A stretch of 64,000 nucleotides of DNA from Pseudoxanthomonas sp. (lineage in GTDB: Bacteria; Pseudomonadota; Gammaproteobacteria; Xanthomonadales; Xanthomonadaceae). The notes under the pieces were generated by a model, which saw only the letters and a program-made list of their open reading frames with translations, did not search any database and was not told the DNA's origin. Location: contig JASGJU010000002.1 in NCBI GenBank assembly GCA_047601245.1, forward strand, positions 334,957 to 398,956, written 5' to 3'. Of the stretch, positions 1 to 10,075 are shown piece by piece. The position numbers were made by a program, and so were the translations under genes. How positions within the stretch are numbered: the stretch's first letter is position 1; each line of letters starts with the position of its first letter.

Positions 1-369
1 GAATCGTTGCGCCGCGCCGCTGCCCCAGACCGGGCCGGGCCATGCGGCGTCGCCTTCGCGGCGGCCGACGAGGTGGACGTGCAACTGGCGCACGATGTTG
101 CCCAGCGCGCCGATGTTCAGCTTGTGTACGCCGGACTCGGCGCGCAGCAATTGCGAGATCCGGTTGATTTCGGCCAGCAGCAGGCGCTGCCGGCCGCCGT
201 CCAGGTCGATCCATTCGACGGCGCCGGCCACGCGCGGCACCAGCATGATCCACGGGAAGCGCGCGTCGTCCATCAGCCGCACCTGCGACAGCGGGCCGTC
301 GGCGATGAAGGCGCTGTCGGCCTCGAGCCGCGGATCGAGTGCGAACGCGCCGTCCTGGATCTTGCTCAT
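1..369 (-). CDS. HIT-family protein, 3' end truncated by the window edge
   Basis: Manual translation from ATG at 369: MSKIQDGAFALDPRL...GNIVRQLHVHLVGRREGDAAWPGPVWG, with a HIT-like HxH motif. ATGA overlap with the upstream hydrolase stop. Not in the ORF track because it runs off the edge. Confidence 0.85.
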   Translation of the reverse strand, partial: MSKIQDGAFALDPRLEADSAFIADGPLSQVRLMDDARFPWIMLVPRVAGAVEWIDLDGGRQRLLLAEINRISQLLRAESGVHKLNIGALGNIVRQLHVHLVGRREGDAAWPGPVWGSGAAQRF

Positions 370-1028
370 CCGACGTGCTTCTTCAGGAAATCCAGCGAGC
401 GTTGCAGCGCCAGCGCCGCGCTGTCGGCGTCGTAGTGCGCCGGGTCGACGTCGCGGTTGAAGGCGTGGCCGGCCGGGTAGGTGAACACCTCCATCCGCGG
501 CAGTTTGTCGCGATGCGCCTGCACCGCTTCCGGCGGGATCGAGGCGTCCTTCTCGCCGAAATGGAACATCACCGGCGCTTTCAACGGCGCGTCGAGGAAG
601 CCGACGTTGCGCGCGCCGTAGTAGCTGACGCCGGGCAGGCCGAGTTCCTGCGCCGCACGCAGCACGACCGAGCCGCCCCAGCAGTAGCCGACCGTGGCGA
701 CCTTGCCGGCGCCCGCGACGTGCGCGGCCGCGGCTTCGACGACCTTCAGCGCGTTGTCCATGCCGACCTCGGTCACCAGTTCGCGGCCGCGCAGGAATTC
801 GTCGGGGCCGTAGTCCAGTTCGACCCCGGCTTCGACCAGGTCGAAGAACGCAGGCGCGATGGCCAGGTAGCCCGCGGCCGCGTAGCGTTCGGCGACGCTG
901 CGCACGTGCGCGTTGACGCCGAAGATTTCCTGCACGACGACCAGGCCGCCGCGCGGCGCGCCGGCGGGTTCGGCCAGCCAGGCCTGTACCGGGCCGGCGG
1001 CGGTCTTCAGGGGGATCCAGTGGGCCAT
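366..1028 (-). CDS. Dienelactone hydrolase family protein
   Basis: VVVQEIFGVN, GYCWGG nucleophile elbow, HAF motif. Confidence 0.92.
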   Translation of the reverse strand: MAHWIPLKTAAGPVQAWLAEPAGAPRGGLVVVQEIFGVNAHVRSVAERYAAAGYLAIAPAFFDLVEAGVELDYGPDEFLRGRELVTEVGMDNALKVVEAAAAHVAGAGKVATVGYCWGGSVVLRAAQELGLPGVSYYGARNVGFLDAPLKAPVMFHFGEKDASIPPEAVQAHRDKLPRMEVFTYPAGHAFNRDVDPAHYDADSAALALQRSLDFLKKHVG

Positions 1029-1159
1029 GACGGGGCTTCACGATGATGCGGAACCGCCATTCTATGGGTTCGATTCCGGCCATGCAGGGCGGGCGGGGCC
1101 GTTCCTGCCGGTTCGCGCGCGGCGGCTATAATCGCGCGCCGTCCACGACCCGCCAGCGC

Positions 1160-2521
1160 ATGTCACTCGCCAGCCCGAAAGTCGGATTCGTCAGCCTCGG
1201 ATGCCCGAAGGCCCTGGTCGATTCCGAACGCATCCTCACCCAGTTGCGGGTCGAGGGCTACGCCATTTCGCCCAGCTACGACGACGCCGACGTGGTGGTG
1301 GTCAACACCTGCGGCTTCATCGATTCGGCGGTCGAGGAATCGCTGGACGCCATCGGCGAGGCGCTGGCCGAGAACGGCAAGGTCATCGTCACCGGCTGTT
1401 TGGGCAAGCGCAGCGAACTGATCCGCGAGCAGTTCCCGGAGGTGCTGTCGATTTCCGGCCCGCAGGACTATTCGAGCGTGATGAACGCCGTGCATGCCGC
1501 GCTGCCGCCGAAGCACGACAGGTTCGTGGACGTGGTGCCGGACTACGGGATCAAGCTGACGCCGAAGCACTACGCCTATCTGAAGATTTCCGAAGGCTGC
1601 AACCATCGCTGCAGCTTCTGCATCATCCCGTCGCTGCGCGGCGACCTGGTTTCGCGCCCGGTCGACGAGGTGCTGCGCGAGGCGGAGAGGCTGGTCGCCG
1701 GCGGCGTCAGGGAACTGCTGGTCGTGTCGCAGGACACCAGCGCCTACGGCGTGGACCTGAAATACGCCGGCAGGCCGTGGCGCGGCGGCGAATACCAGAC
1801 CCGGATGAAGTCGCTGTGCGAGGGGCTTTCGCAGCTCGGCGTCTGGGTGCGCCTGCACTACGTCTATCCGTATCCGCACGTGGACGACACGATCCCGCTG
1901 ATGGCGGAAGGCAAGATCCTGCCGTACCTGGACATCCCGTTCCAGCACGCCAGTCCGCGCATCCTCAAGCTGATGAAGCGGCCCGGCGCGATCGACAAGA
2001 CCCGCGAGCGCATCGCCCGCTGGCGCGAGATCTGCCCGGACATCGCGATCCGCAGCACCTTCATCGTCGGCTTCCCCGGCGAGACCGAGGCCGAATTCGA
2101 GGAACTGCTCGACTTCCTGCGCGAAGTACGGCTGGACCGCGTCGGCGCGTTCGCCTATTCGCCGGTCGAGGGCGCGCCCGCCAACGCCTTGCCCGGTCCG
2201 GTGCCGGAAGAAATCAAGCAGGAGCGGCTGGCGCGTTTCATGGAAGTGCAGGCGCGGATCAGCGCGGAGAAGCTGGAGGCGAGGATCGGCACGGTGCAGC
2301 GCTGCCTGGTGGACATGCTGGAAGACGGCATTGCGGTGGCGCGCAGCCCGGCCGACGCGCCGGAGATCGACGGCCTGGTGCACGTCCAGAACGGCGGCGA
2401 GATGGGGCTGCGGCCGGGGCAGTTCGTCGACGTGGAAATCACCGACAGCGACGAGCACGACCTGTTCGGCGAGGCGCTGGCGAATATGCCTGCACCGTCG
2501 CTGGAGATCATCCGTAGCTGA
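1160..2521 (+). CDS. rimO: Ribosomal protein S12 methylthiotransferase
   Basis: [14 protein letters not shown]-terminus, radical-SAM CNHRCSFC, C-terminal TRAM domain. Start placed at ATG 1160; TATAAT at 1127-1132. Confidence 0.96.
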   Translation: MSLASPKVGFVSLGCPKALVDSERILTQLRVEGYAISPSYDDADVVVVNTCGFIDSAVEESLDAIGEALAENGKVIVTGCLGKRSELIREQFPEVLSISGPQDYSSVMNAVHAALPPKHDRFVDVVPDYGIKLTPKHYAYLKISEGCNHRCSFCIIPSLRGDLVSRPVDEVLREAERLVAGGVRELLVVSQDTSAYGVDLKYAGRPWRGGEYQTRMKSLCEGLSQLGVWVRLHYVYPYPHVDDTIPLMAEGKILPYLDIPFQHASPRILKLMKRPGAIDKTRERIARWREICPDIAIRSTFIVGFPGETEAEFEELLDFLREVRLDRVGAFAYSPVEGAPANALPGPVPEEIKQERLARFMEVQARISAEKLEARIGTVQRCLVDMLEDGIAVARSPADAPEIDGLVHVQNGGEMGLRPGQFVDVEITDSDEHDLFGEALANMPAPSLEIIRS

Positions 2522-3009
2522 CGCCGACGATGGCGAAGCCGGCCTTCCCGCCCGGCAGTTCGGCGTCGAATTCGTCGTCCACCCGTTTCTTCAGCATCGC
2601 CCGCGCCAGCGGCGAGTCGATGCTGATCCAGCCGCGCGCGGCGTCGGTCTCGTCGGGGCCGACGACGCGGTAGCGCGAGACCTCGCCGGAAACGACGTTC
2701 TCCAGTTCGACCGTCGCGCCGAAGAACACCGCTTCCGGGTCGGACGGCTTTTCGCCGACCACGCGCAGGCACCTCCAGCCGCTTGCTCAGGTAGCGCACG
2801 CGCCGGTCGATCTCGCCGAGCTGCTTCTTGCGATAGGTGTATTCGGCGTTCTCCGAACGGTCGCCCTCGGCGGCCGCGGCCGCCAGCGCCTTGACCACCT
2901 CAGGCCGGCGCACGCGCCATAGCTCGTCCAGTTCCGCCTTCAGCCGCGCATGGCCTTCGGGGGTGATCAGCGCGGTGCTTTTCTCCGCGGGTGGCCGCCA
3001 GCGTCCCAC
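2508..3009 (-). pseudogene. greB: Transcription elongation factor GreB, split by an apparent +1 frameshift near 2769 (probably an assembly indel)
   Basis: N-half (ITPEGHARL...GDRSENAEY) is in ORF 2155..3009 and C-half (VFFGATV...[11 protein letters not shown]) in ORF 2508..2762. Removing one C in gtg-c-ctg restores [11 protein letters not shown]. Confidence 0.88.
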
Positions 3010-3019
3010 GCTCGCGCGG

Positions 3020-4525
3020 TCAGCGCTTGCCGCCGAAGATGCCGCCGAGGATGCCGCGCACGATCTGGTTGCCCAGCTTGGTGCCGATGGTGCGCGTGGT
3101 CTGCTTAGCCATGGTCTCGATCATGCCCTGGCGGCGCTTGGTGCCGAACACGGCGTCCTTGATGGCCTGGCCGAAGCCGTTTTCGCCGGCGTCGTCCTGT
3201 TCGCGGGTCCGGGCGGCGGGCGCCTTGGCGTTGGCGGTCGCGTTCCCGGCCTTCTTCGCCAGCAGTTCGGCGGCCGATTCGCGGTTGACGGCATTGTCGT
3301 ACTTCGCGCCGACCGGGCTGCCAGCGCGCACCTGCGCGCGTTCGGCGTCGGTGGCCGCGCCCATGCGGCAGCGCGGCGGCGCGATCAGGGTCTGCTGCAC
3401 CGGCGCGGGCACGCCCTTGTCCTGCAGTGTCGACACCAGCGCTTCGCCGGTGCCGAGCTTGGAAATCGTCTCGGCGACGTTGAGTTTCGGGTTCGGCACG
3501 AAGGTCTCGGCTGCGGTCTTCACCGCCTTCTGGTCGCGCGGGGTGAAGGCGCGCAGCGCGTGCTGCACGCGGTTGCCGAGCTGGCCGAGGATGTTGGCCG
3601 GCACGTCGTCGGGGAACTGCGAGCAGAAGTACACGCCCACGCCCTTGGAGCGGATCAGCCGCACCACCTGCTCGATGCGCTGCTGCAGGGCCGGCGGCGC
3701 GTCGTCGAACAGCAGGTGCGCCTCGTCGAAGAAGAACACCAGCTTCGGCTTGTCCAGGTCGCCGACTTCGGGCAGGTTCTCGAACAGCTCGCTCAGCAGC
3801 CACAGCAGGAAGCTGGAATACAGGCGCGGTTTCAGGATCAACTGGTCGGCGGCGAGGATCGACACCACGCCGCGGCCGTCGGTATTCGTGCGCATCAGGT
3901 CGGACAGCTCCAGCGCCGGCTCGCCGAAGAAGCGGTCGCCTCCTTCCTGTTCCAGCCGCAGCAGGGCGCGCTGTATCGCGCCGACCGACTGGGTGCTGAC
4001 CAGGCCGTAGCTGGTGGAGATGTCCTTGCGCTCGTCGGCGACCAGGCCGAGCAGGGCGCGCAGGTCCTCGAGATCCAGCAGCAGCAGGCCGCGGTCGTCG
4101 GCCAGCTTGAACACGATGTCGAGCACCCCGGCCTGGGTGTCGTTCAGTTCGAGGATGCGCGCGAGCAGGGTCGGCCCCATTTCGCTGACCGTGGTCCGCA
4201 CCGGATGGCCGAGCTTGCCGTACAGGTCCCAGAAGATCACCGGACTGGCGGCCGGCGCGTAGTCGGCGACGCCGATGTCGCGGGCGCGGGACAGCACCTT
4301 CTCGCTGCCGTCGCCGGCCACCGCCAGCCCGGACACGTCGCCCTTCACGTCGGCGATGAACACCGGCACGCCGATCCGCGAAAAGCCCTCGGCCAGCGTC
4401 ATCAGGGTCACGGTCTTGCCGGTGCCGGTGGCGCCGGCGGTCAGGCCGTGGCGGTTGCCGAACGCCGGCAGCAGGGTGACGGCGACGTCGTCGGTGACGC
4501 CCTTGCCGAGCAGGATCGGGTCCAT
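3020..4525 (-). CDS. DUF853 / HerA-like P-loop ATPase (YjgR family)
   Basis: [15 protein letters not shown] Walker [16 protein letters not shown] Walker B. Start at MDPILLGKG. Confidence 0.9.
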   Translation of the reverse strand: MDPILLGKGVTDDVAVTLLPAFGNRHGLTAGATGTGKTVTLMTLAEGFSRIGVPVFIADVKGDVSGLAVAGDGSEKVLSRARDIGVADYAPAASPVIFWDLYGKLGHPVRTTVSEMGPTLLARILELNDTQAGVLDIVFKLADDRGLLLLDLEDLRALLGLVADERKDISTSYGLVSTQSVGAIQRALLRLEQEGGDRFFGEPALELSDLMRTNTDGRGVVSILAADQLILKPRLYSSFLLWLLSELFENLPEVGDLDKPKLVFFFDEAHLLFDDAPPALQQRIEQVVRLIRSKGVGVYFCSQFPDDVPANILGQLGNRVQHALRAFTPRDQKAVKTAAETFVPNPKLNVAETISKLGTGEALVSTLQDKGVPAPVQQTLIAPPRCRMGAATDAERAQVRAGSPVGAKYDNAVNRESAAELLAKKAGNATANAKAPAARTREQDDAGENGFGQAIKDAVFGTKRRQGMIETMAKQTTRTIGTKLGNQIVRGILGGIFGGKR

Positions 4526-4705
4526 GAGCTTCCTTGATGCGTGGGTTGGCGACGATTCTAGAGCGTGTCGCATGCTTTCGGACAGGCGAAGACGCCCGAT
4601 GCGCCCGGACCGCTGAATGATCGCGGACGGGACGCGCCTGGCCGGGTTGCGGCGGCCGCGTTGCGAAGGCTAACCTGCCGCACCTCTCACATTCCGCCCG
4701 ACCTG

Positions 4706-6310
4706 ATGCCCGTTTTGCCGAAGTTCCTGCCGTACCGGCCGCTGTTCGCCGGCCTGTTGTTGTCGTTGTCCGTCCCGAACGCGCTGGCGGCGCGGGTTTC
4801 CGCGAAGGACCAGGCCGCCATCGAGGCGATCCAGCAGCGCATGGCCGCCGCCGAGCAGCGCTACGAGGCGGCGCTGAAGCTGAGCGCTGACGGCGACCCG
4901 GGCGGTGCGGCCGAGGGCGAGGCCGCCCTGCAGGAGATGGAGGCCACGGTGGACGCCTGCCTGCAGCAGCGCGGCTGCGAGGCGCAACCGCTGCTGGCTA
5001 CCTACCGCCGCCTGCTGAAGGACCGGATCGGCGAGGAAAGCGGTTTCGACGACGAAGATGGCGACGAAGACGACGGCGAGGAACCGGATCCGCTGGTCGT
5101 CGACCCACTCGACGACGGCAGCGACCACGCCCTGCTGCCCAGCGCGCCGCAGAGCGCGCGCGCCGCGAACCTGCTCAACGACCAGCGCCACGACTTCGAC
5201 CGCATGGTGCAGTTCAACCCGGCGGTGCAGGCCGGCATCCGCCGCTGGCTGACCGACATGCGCCCGGCGCTGATCGACAGCTACGAGAACTACCGCAACA
5301 TGCGCGACCAGTTGTACCCGCAGTGGGAGCGCGACGGCCTGCCGGAGGCGCTGCTGTTCGGTATCATGGCCAAGGAATCCAACGGCAAGGTGCACGCCAC
5401 CTCGCGCGTCGGCGCGGCCGGGCCGATGCAGTTCATGCCGGCCACCGGCCGCCGCTTCGGCCTGGGCCCGGACGGCGCCGGCTTCGACACCCGCTACGAC
5501 CCGCGCAGCGTCGGCTACGCCAGCGCCGACTACATCAAGGAGCGCATGCTGGAGCTGAACAACAGCGTCGAGTTCGCGCTGGCCGCGTACAACGGCGGCG
5601 AAGGCCGCGCGCTGCGCGTGTTCCAGCAGTACCCCGGGCGCGGTTTCTGGGAAGACGCGGTGTACTACCAGTTCCCGGCCGAGACCCGCGAATACGTACC
5701 GATGGTGATCGCGGCGGCGTGGCTGTTCCTGCATCCGAAGCAGTACGGACTGAAGTTCCCGCGGGTCAATCCGCGCCCGGCGACGCTGCAACTGGCGCAG
5801 ACCACCAGCCTCAACGAACTGACCATCTGCCTCGGCAACGGCGGCACCCGCGACGGTTTTCTGCGCACGCTGCGCAACCTCAACCCGCGTTACCAGCCAG
5901 ATACGTGGATCCCCGCGGGCACGCAGTTGCAGGCGAACACGCGCATCGCCCGTCTCTACGGCCGCTATTGCGACAAGGGGCCGCGCGCGGAACTGGCGCG
6001 CACGCTGGTCAACGCCAGCGTCGGCGCGGCCATCGTGCGCACCGGCGCGCCGGTGCCGTCCGGCACGGTGGCGGTGGGCGATGTCACGTCGCTGCGCGAT
6101 CCGGCTGTCGCCGCGTCGACTGCATCGAAGCCCAAGCCAAAGGCCAAGCCGGTCAAGACCTACCGCGTGGCCAAGGGCGACACCCTGGGCCGCATCGCCG
6201 GCAAGCATTCGTGCGACCTGAAGCAACTGGCCAGGGCCAACGGCCTGCGCGCGCCGGGCTACCTGGTGAAGCCGGGGCAGACGATCAAGTTGGAAGGATG
6301 CGGGAAGTAG
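4706..6310 (+). CDS. Lytic murein transglycosylase with C-terminal LysM (MltD-like)
   Basis: Signal peptide, SLT motifs (MAKES, AAGPMQFMPATG, ALAAYNGGEG), LysM YRVAKGDTLGRIA. Confidence 0.9.
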   Translation: MPVLPKFLPYRPLFAGLLLSLSVPNALAARVSAKDQAAIEAIQQRMAAAEQRYEAALKLSADGDPGGAAEGEAALQEMEATVDACLQQRGCEAQPLLATYRRLLKDRIGEESGFDDEDGDEDDGEEPDPLVVDPLDDGSDHALLPSAPQSARAANLLNDQRHDFDRMVQFNPAVQAGIRRWLTDMRPALIDSYENYRNMRDQLYPQWERDGLPEALLFGIMAKESNGKVHATSRVGAAGPMQFMPATGRRFGLGPDGAGFDTRYDPRSVGYASADYIKERMLELNNSVEFALAAYNGGEGRALRVFQQYPGRGFWEDAVYYQFPAETREYVPMVIAAAWLFLHPKQYGLKFPRVNPRPATLQLAQTTSLNELTICLGNGGTRDGFLRTLRNLNPRYQPDTWIPAGTQLQANTRIARLYGRYCDKGPRAELARTLVNASVGAAIVRTGAPVPSGTVAVGDVTSLRDPAVAASTASKPKPKAKPVKTYRVAKGDTLGRIAGKHSCDLKQLARANGLRAPGYLVKPGQTIKLEGCGK

Positions 6311-6314
6311 CGCG

Positions 6315-6344
6315 AAGGGCCGGGAATTCCGGCCCTTTGTTTTT
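6315..6344 (+). terminator. Intrinsic terminator after the transglycosylase
   Basis: AAGGGCCGG-gaatt-CCGGCCCTT stem followed by a T-rich tract. Confidence 0.8.
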
Positions 6345-6364
6345 CGTAGTAGTAAGGAGCCGCC

Positions 6365-7084
6365 ATGACGACAGACAGGAAACTTGCCGTCCTGATCGAT
6401 GCCGACAACGCACAAGCCAGCATCGCCAAGGAGTTGCTGGCGGAAATCGCACGATATGGAAATGCGACAGTTCGACGCGCCTATGGCGACTGGACCACGA
6501 CCAATTTGACGGGTTGGAAGAACGTCTTGCTGGATCTGGCTATCCAGCCCATTCAGCAATTCGCCTACACGAAAGGCAAGAACGCCACGGATTCATCGCT
6601 CATCATTGATGCGATGGATTTGCTGCATAAAGGCGATATGGATGGCTTCTGCATCGTGTCGTCGGACAGTGACTTCACGCGGTTGGCAACACGGCTTCGT
6701 GAATCAGGGTACGCAGTCTATGGCTTCGGTGAGCAGAAAACGCCGCAGCCGTTCGTGGCGGCATGCGACAAGTTCATTTATACGGAGATTCTGCGGCCAG
6801 AAGGCGAGGCTGATGCGGAGCCTGTCATCAAGCAGGCGAGCGGTTCTTTGAAAACCAGATTGGTAAAGGCGATTGACGATGTAACGCAGGAGGATGGCTG
6901 GGCGCCGCTGTCTACGCTCGGTACGGCCCTGCTGTCCGCGGATCCGGCGTTTGATGCCAGAAATTTCGGACACAAGAAGCTGAGTGACTTGGTGCGTGCC
7001 CAGAACTACCTTGAGGTCAAGTCGGTTGCGGCAAAAGACGGGAGTTCAGGAGCGCGCATCTATGTCAAGGTCAAGCGAAAATAA
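6365..7084 (+). CDS. NYN-domain (LabA/DUF88) protein with C-terminal OST-HTH/LOTUS domain
   Basis: LIDADN, YGDW, KNATDSSLIIDAMD, SSDSDFTRLA motifs; GWAPLSTLG...FDARNFGHKKLSDL in the C-terminus; AAGGAG RBS; more A/T-rich than its neighbours. Confidence 0.9.
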   Translation: MTTDRKLAVLIDADNAQASIAKELLAEIARYGNATVRRAYGDWTTTNLTGWKNVLLDLAIQPIQQFAYTKGKNATDSSLIIDAMDLLHKGDMDGFCIVSSDSDFTRLATRLRESGYAVYGFGEQKTPQPFVAACDKFIYTEILRPEGEADAEPVIKQASGSLKTRLVKAIDDVTQEDGWAPLSTLGTALLSADPAFDARNFGHKKLSDLVRAQNYLEVKSVAAKDGSSGARIYVKVKRK

Positions 7085-7163
7085 ATAATGGAAAACTTCA
7101 GCATCGATCCTGACCCGTCATGTGCAACCTGTAAGCGATCGACGTGGTGGGCTGAGGCTCGTT

Positions 7164-8006
7164 CTACAGCAGCGTCGCCAATCGTTGGCCCAGCTTCACC
7201 GGCGATTCCGCATTCAGTCCCTCGGAAAGCGCCGCCACGCCCGGCGGCAGCAGCACGATCACGGTCGAGCCGTAGTTGAAGCGGGCCATCTCGGCGAAGC
7301 GTTCGACGGTCACGCCCTTGCCGCGCCAGTCCTTGCGCACGATCGCGCTGGCGTAGTCCGGAATCTCCACGCCGCTCCATACCGTTTCCACGCCGGAAAC
7401 CAGCAGCGCGCCGACCATCACGCAGGCCATCGGTCCGAAGTCGGTGTCGAAATGGCAGACCAGCCGCTCGTTGCGCGCGAACAGCCGCGGCACGTCGCGC
7501 ACCGCCGCCGTGCCGACGCTGAACAGCCGACCCGGCACGTGCACGGTCTCGCGCAGCGTGCCGGTCCACGGCATGTGCACGCGGTGGTAGTCGCGCGGCG
7601 ACAGGTAGACCGTGGCGAACAGGCCGTCCTCGAACGGCTTCGCCGCGTTCGCATCGCCCAGCAGTTCGGCGGCGGTGAAGGAACGGCCCTTGGCCTGGAA
7701 GATCGTATCGCCCTCGATCCTGCCGCACTGGCTGATGCGGCCGTCGGCCGGCATCAGCAGCGCGCGCGGATCGGCGTCGGCAGTGCGCGCGCCAAGTTTC
7801 AGCGCGCGGGTGAAGAAGGCGTTGAAGGTCGGGTAGGCGCGCGGATCGGGCTCGGCGGCTTCGCCGAGATCGACGCCGAACCTGCGCACCACGGCGTCGA
7901 TCAGCCATTGCTTGATCGCCGGCCTGCGCGAATACGCCAGCCGGCGCGCCAACGAGGACAGCAGCCGGTGCGGAAGCACCCAGGTCAGCGCAGTGACCGG
8001 GCTCAT
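7164..8006 (-). CDS. psd: Phosphatidylserine decarboxylase proenzyme
   Basis: [30 protein letters not shown] self-cleavage motif. Confidence 0.95.
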   Translation of the reverse strand: MSPVTALTWVLPHRLLSSLARRLAYSRRPAIKQWLIDAVVRRFGVDLGEAAEPDPRAYPTFNAFFTRALKLGARTADADPRALLMPADGRISQCGRIEGDTIFQAKGRSFTAAELLGDANAAKPFEDGLFATVYLSPRDYHRVHMPWTGTLRETVHVPGRLFSVGTAAVRDVPRLFARNERLVCHFDTDFGPMACVMVGALLVSGVETVWSGVEIPDYASAIVRKDWRGKGVTVERFAEMARFNYGSTVIVLLPPGVAALSEGLNAESPVKLGQRLATLL

Positions 8007-8665
8007 CGTGCGCCTGCTTGGGTCAAGGTGGTCAGGTCCGCGGCGATGGCCGCCGGCTGCAGCGGCGGGCGGATCAGCCCGGCCAGCCGGCCGCGCGGAT
8101 CGAGCACCGCGATGCCGGCGCTGTGGTCCATCGTGTAGTCGTCCGGGTTCTCCTCGAAATGCGGTCCCGGCACCTTCATGAACACGAACCCCAGCGATTT
8201 GGCGAACTCCTCCAGCGTCGGCACGTCGGCGGTCGCGGCCAGCGTGTCGGGGTGGAAGCCGTGCGCGTATTCGCCGATGCGGGTGGCGCTGTCGCGTTCC
8301 GGGTCCACCGACACGAACAGCACGCGCGGGCGGGTGCTGTCGGGCAGCGCCTGCCATTGCTTCTGCGCCTGCGCCAGTTGCGCCAGCGTGGTCGGGCACA
8401 CGTCCGGGCAGGCGGTGAAGCCGAGGAAGACCAGCGTCCAGTGGCCGTTCAATTCGCCGGAGGTCAACTGCGTGCCGTCGGACTGGCGCAGCGAGAACGC
8501 AGGCAGCGCGCGCGGCTGCGGATATGCGACCACCGCCTGCAGCGGCGGGTAGTGCGGCGCGGCTGCTTCGGGGTCGCCTGACAGGAACAGCTTGCGCCCG
8601 GCCAGCAGGCCCAGGCCGGCGGCGATGGCGATCAGCAGGAGGTAGCCGAACTTGCGGTCGAACAT
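8003..8665 (-). CDS. SCO1/SenC family copper-binding protein
   Basis: [12 protein letters not shown] (CxxxC), SVDPERD, MDHSA, N-terminal TM helix. Confidence 0.93.
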   Translation of the reverse strand: MFDRKFGYLLLIAIAAGLGLLAGRKLFLSGDPEAAAPHYPPLQAVVAYPQPRALPAFSLRQSDGTQLTSGELNGHWTLVFLGFTACPDVCPTTLAQLAQAQKQWQALPDSTRPRVLFVSVDPERDSATRIGEYAHGFHPDTLAATADVPTLEEFAKSLGFVFMKVPGPHFEENPDDYTMDHSAGIAVLDPRGRLAGLIRPPLQPAAIAADLTTLTQAGAR

Positions 8666-8746
8666 GGAGATGGCGCCTGGAGGCAAACCGGCATGATACC
8701 GGGTTGCCCCTATAATTCCGGGCCGTTGCCCAGGACGAACCCCGCC

Positions 8747-9676
8747 ATGACCGCCGACCCGGCCGCCGAACTGCTGACGATCATCGACCTGATCCGCTAC
8801 GGCGCCAGCCGCTTCAACGCCGCCGGGCTGAGCTTCGGCCACAGTCACGACAACGCGCTGGACGAGGCGACGCACATCGTCCTGCACAGCCTGCACCTGC
8901 CGCCGGACCTCGGCCCGGCCTACGGCCAGGCGCGGCTGACCGCGGCGGAAAAGGCGGAAATCCTCGCCCTGTTCCAGCGCCGCATCGACGAGCGCATCCC
9001 CGCCGCCTACCTGACCGGCGAGGCGTGGTTCGCGGGCCTGAGCTTCAAGACCGACAAGCGCGCGCTGGTGCCGCGCTCGCCGATCGCCGAACTGATCGAA
9101 TCCGGCTTCGAACCGTGGCTGGGCGGCCGCGAGGTCAACCGCGCCCTGGACCTGTGCACCGGCTCGGGCTGCATCGCGATCGCCATGGGCCACTACAACC
9201 CCGGCTGGCAGGTCGACGGCGCGGACATCAGCGACGACGCGCTGGCGCTGGCGGGCGAGAACAAGGCCGCGCTGCATGCCGACAACGTGCATTTCCTCAA
9301 GTCGAACCTGTTCGCCGGCCTGACCGGCCGCCACTACGACCTGATCGTCAGCAACCCGCCCTACGTCACCAACGCCGAAACCGATGCGCTGCCGCGGGAG
9401 TATTCCTACGAACCGGAACTGGGCCTGCGCGCCGGCGACGACGGGCTGGACCTGGTGCTGAAGATCCTGCGCGATGCGCCGCTGCACCTGTCGCAGGACG
9501 GCCTGCTGATCTGCGAGGTCGGCGAATCCGAGCGCGCGCTGGCCGCGCTGCTGCCGGACGTCGAGTTCGCCTGGATCGAGTTCAAGGTCGGGCAGATGGG
9601 CGTGTTCGCGGTGGAGTGCGCGGAACTGATCGCCCATAACGCACAAATACGCGAACTGGCGGATGCGCGAGGGTAA
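8747..9676 (+). CDS. prmB: 50S ribosomal protein L3 N5-glutamine methyltransferase
   Basis: [31 protein letters not shown]-like YEPELGL; lies upstream of aroC. Confidence 0.95.
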   Translation: MTADPAAELLTIIDLIRYGASRFNAAGLSFGHSHDNALDEATHIVLHSLHLPPDLGPAYGQARLTAAEKAEILALFQRRIDERIPAAYLTGEAWFAGLSFKTDKRALVPRSPIAELIESGFEPWLGGREVNRALDLCTGSGCIAIAMGHYNPGWQVDGADISDDALALAGENKAALHADNVHFLKSNLFAGLTGRHYDLIVSNPPYVTNAETDALPREYSYEPELGLRAGDDGLDLVLKILRDAPLHLSQDGLLICEVGESERALAALLPDVEFAWIEFKVGQMGVFAVECAELIAHNAQIRELADARG

Positions 9677-9682
9677 TCCTGC

Positions 9683-9721
9683 TTTTGCTCGTCATTCCCG
9701 CGAAGGCGGGAATCCATGCCG
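9683..9721 (+). repeat. Left inverted repeat containing a CGTC-type REP hairpin
   Basis: TTTTGCT-CGTC-ATTCCCGC-GAAG-GCGGGAAT-CCATGCCG. Confidence 0.9.
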
Positions 9722-9728
9722 GTAAACC

Positions 9729-10019
9729 ATGAAGCAACCCGCTGTTTATATCCTTGCAAATGAAAGAAACGGGACGCTTTACGTTGGCGTCACCAGTGAT
9801 CTGGTTGCCCGCACTTGGCAGCATCGTGAGCACGTCGTCGATGGTTTCACCAAGCGCTACAACGTGACGATGCTGGTTTGGTATGAATTGCATGGCACGA
9901 TGGATTCGGCGATCACGCGGGAAAAGCAGATAAAAAAGTGGAACAGAGCATGGAAATTACGGCTGATCCAGGAAGGCAATCCGCGCTGGCTGGATTTGTG
10001 GGATTCGATAATCGGATAG
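9729..10019 (+). CDS. Small stand-alone GIY-YIG nuclease family protein
   Basis: VYILAN..GTLYVGVT, LVWYE, AITREKQIKKW.R.WK motifs; 96 aa. Confidence 0.93.
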   Translation: MKQPAVYILANERNGTLYVGVTSDLVARTWQHREHVVDGFTKRYNVTMLVWYELHGTMDSAITREKQIKKWNRAWKLRLIQEGNPRWLDLWDSIIG

Positions 10020-10024
10020 ATTGT

Positions 10025-10063
10025 CGGCATGGATCCCCGCCTTCGCGGGGATGACGAGCAAAA
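10025..10063 (-). repeat. Right inverted repeat containing a CGTC-type REP hairpin
   Basis: CGGCATGG-ATCCCCGC-CTTC-GCGGGGAT-GACG-AGCAAAA. Confidence 0.9.
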
Positions 10064-10075
10064 CAAAGGCAAAGT

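Larger units (their letters stand above)
9683..10063. mobile_element. Putative REP-bounded element: GIY-YIG gene between 39-bp inverted repeats
   Basis: 9683-9721 and the reverse complement of 10025-10063 match at 37/39; lower-GC interior; sits between prmB and aroC. Mobility is inferred. Confidence 0.7.

Noticed and set aside
3020-4525. HerA-like ATPase as an anti-phage system
   Set aside because: No adjacent nuclease or Sir2 partner, host-like composition and a core-gene context; fits the stand-alone DUF853 family.
4558-4575. CTAGAGCGTGT, identical to the first 11 bp at the 53385 element end
   Set aside because: No matching right arm was found nearby, and it overlaps a TAGAAT -10-like box for the DUF853 gene. 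At most a solitary remnant.
6346-6354. TAGTAGTAA before the NYN gene, as a Xanthomonas-type LexA half-site
   Set aside because: Only a half-site; the other half is occupied by the RBS.
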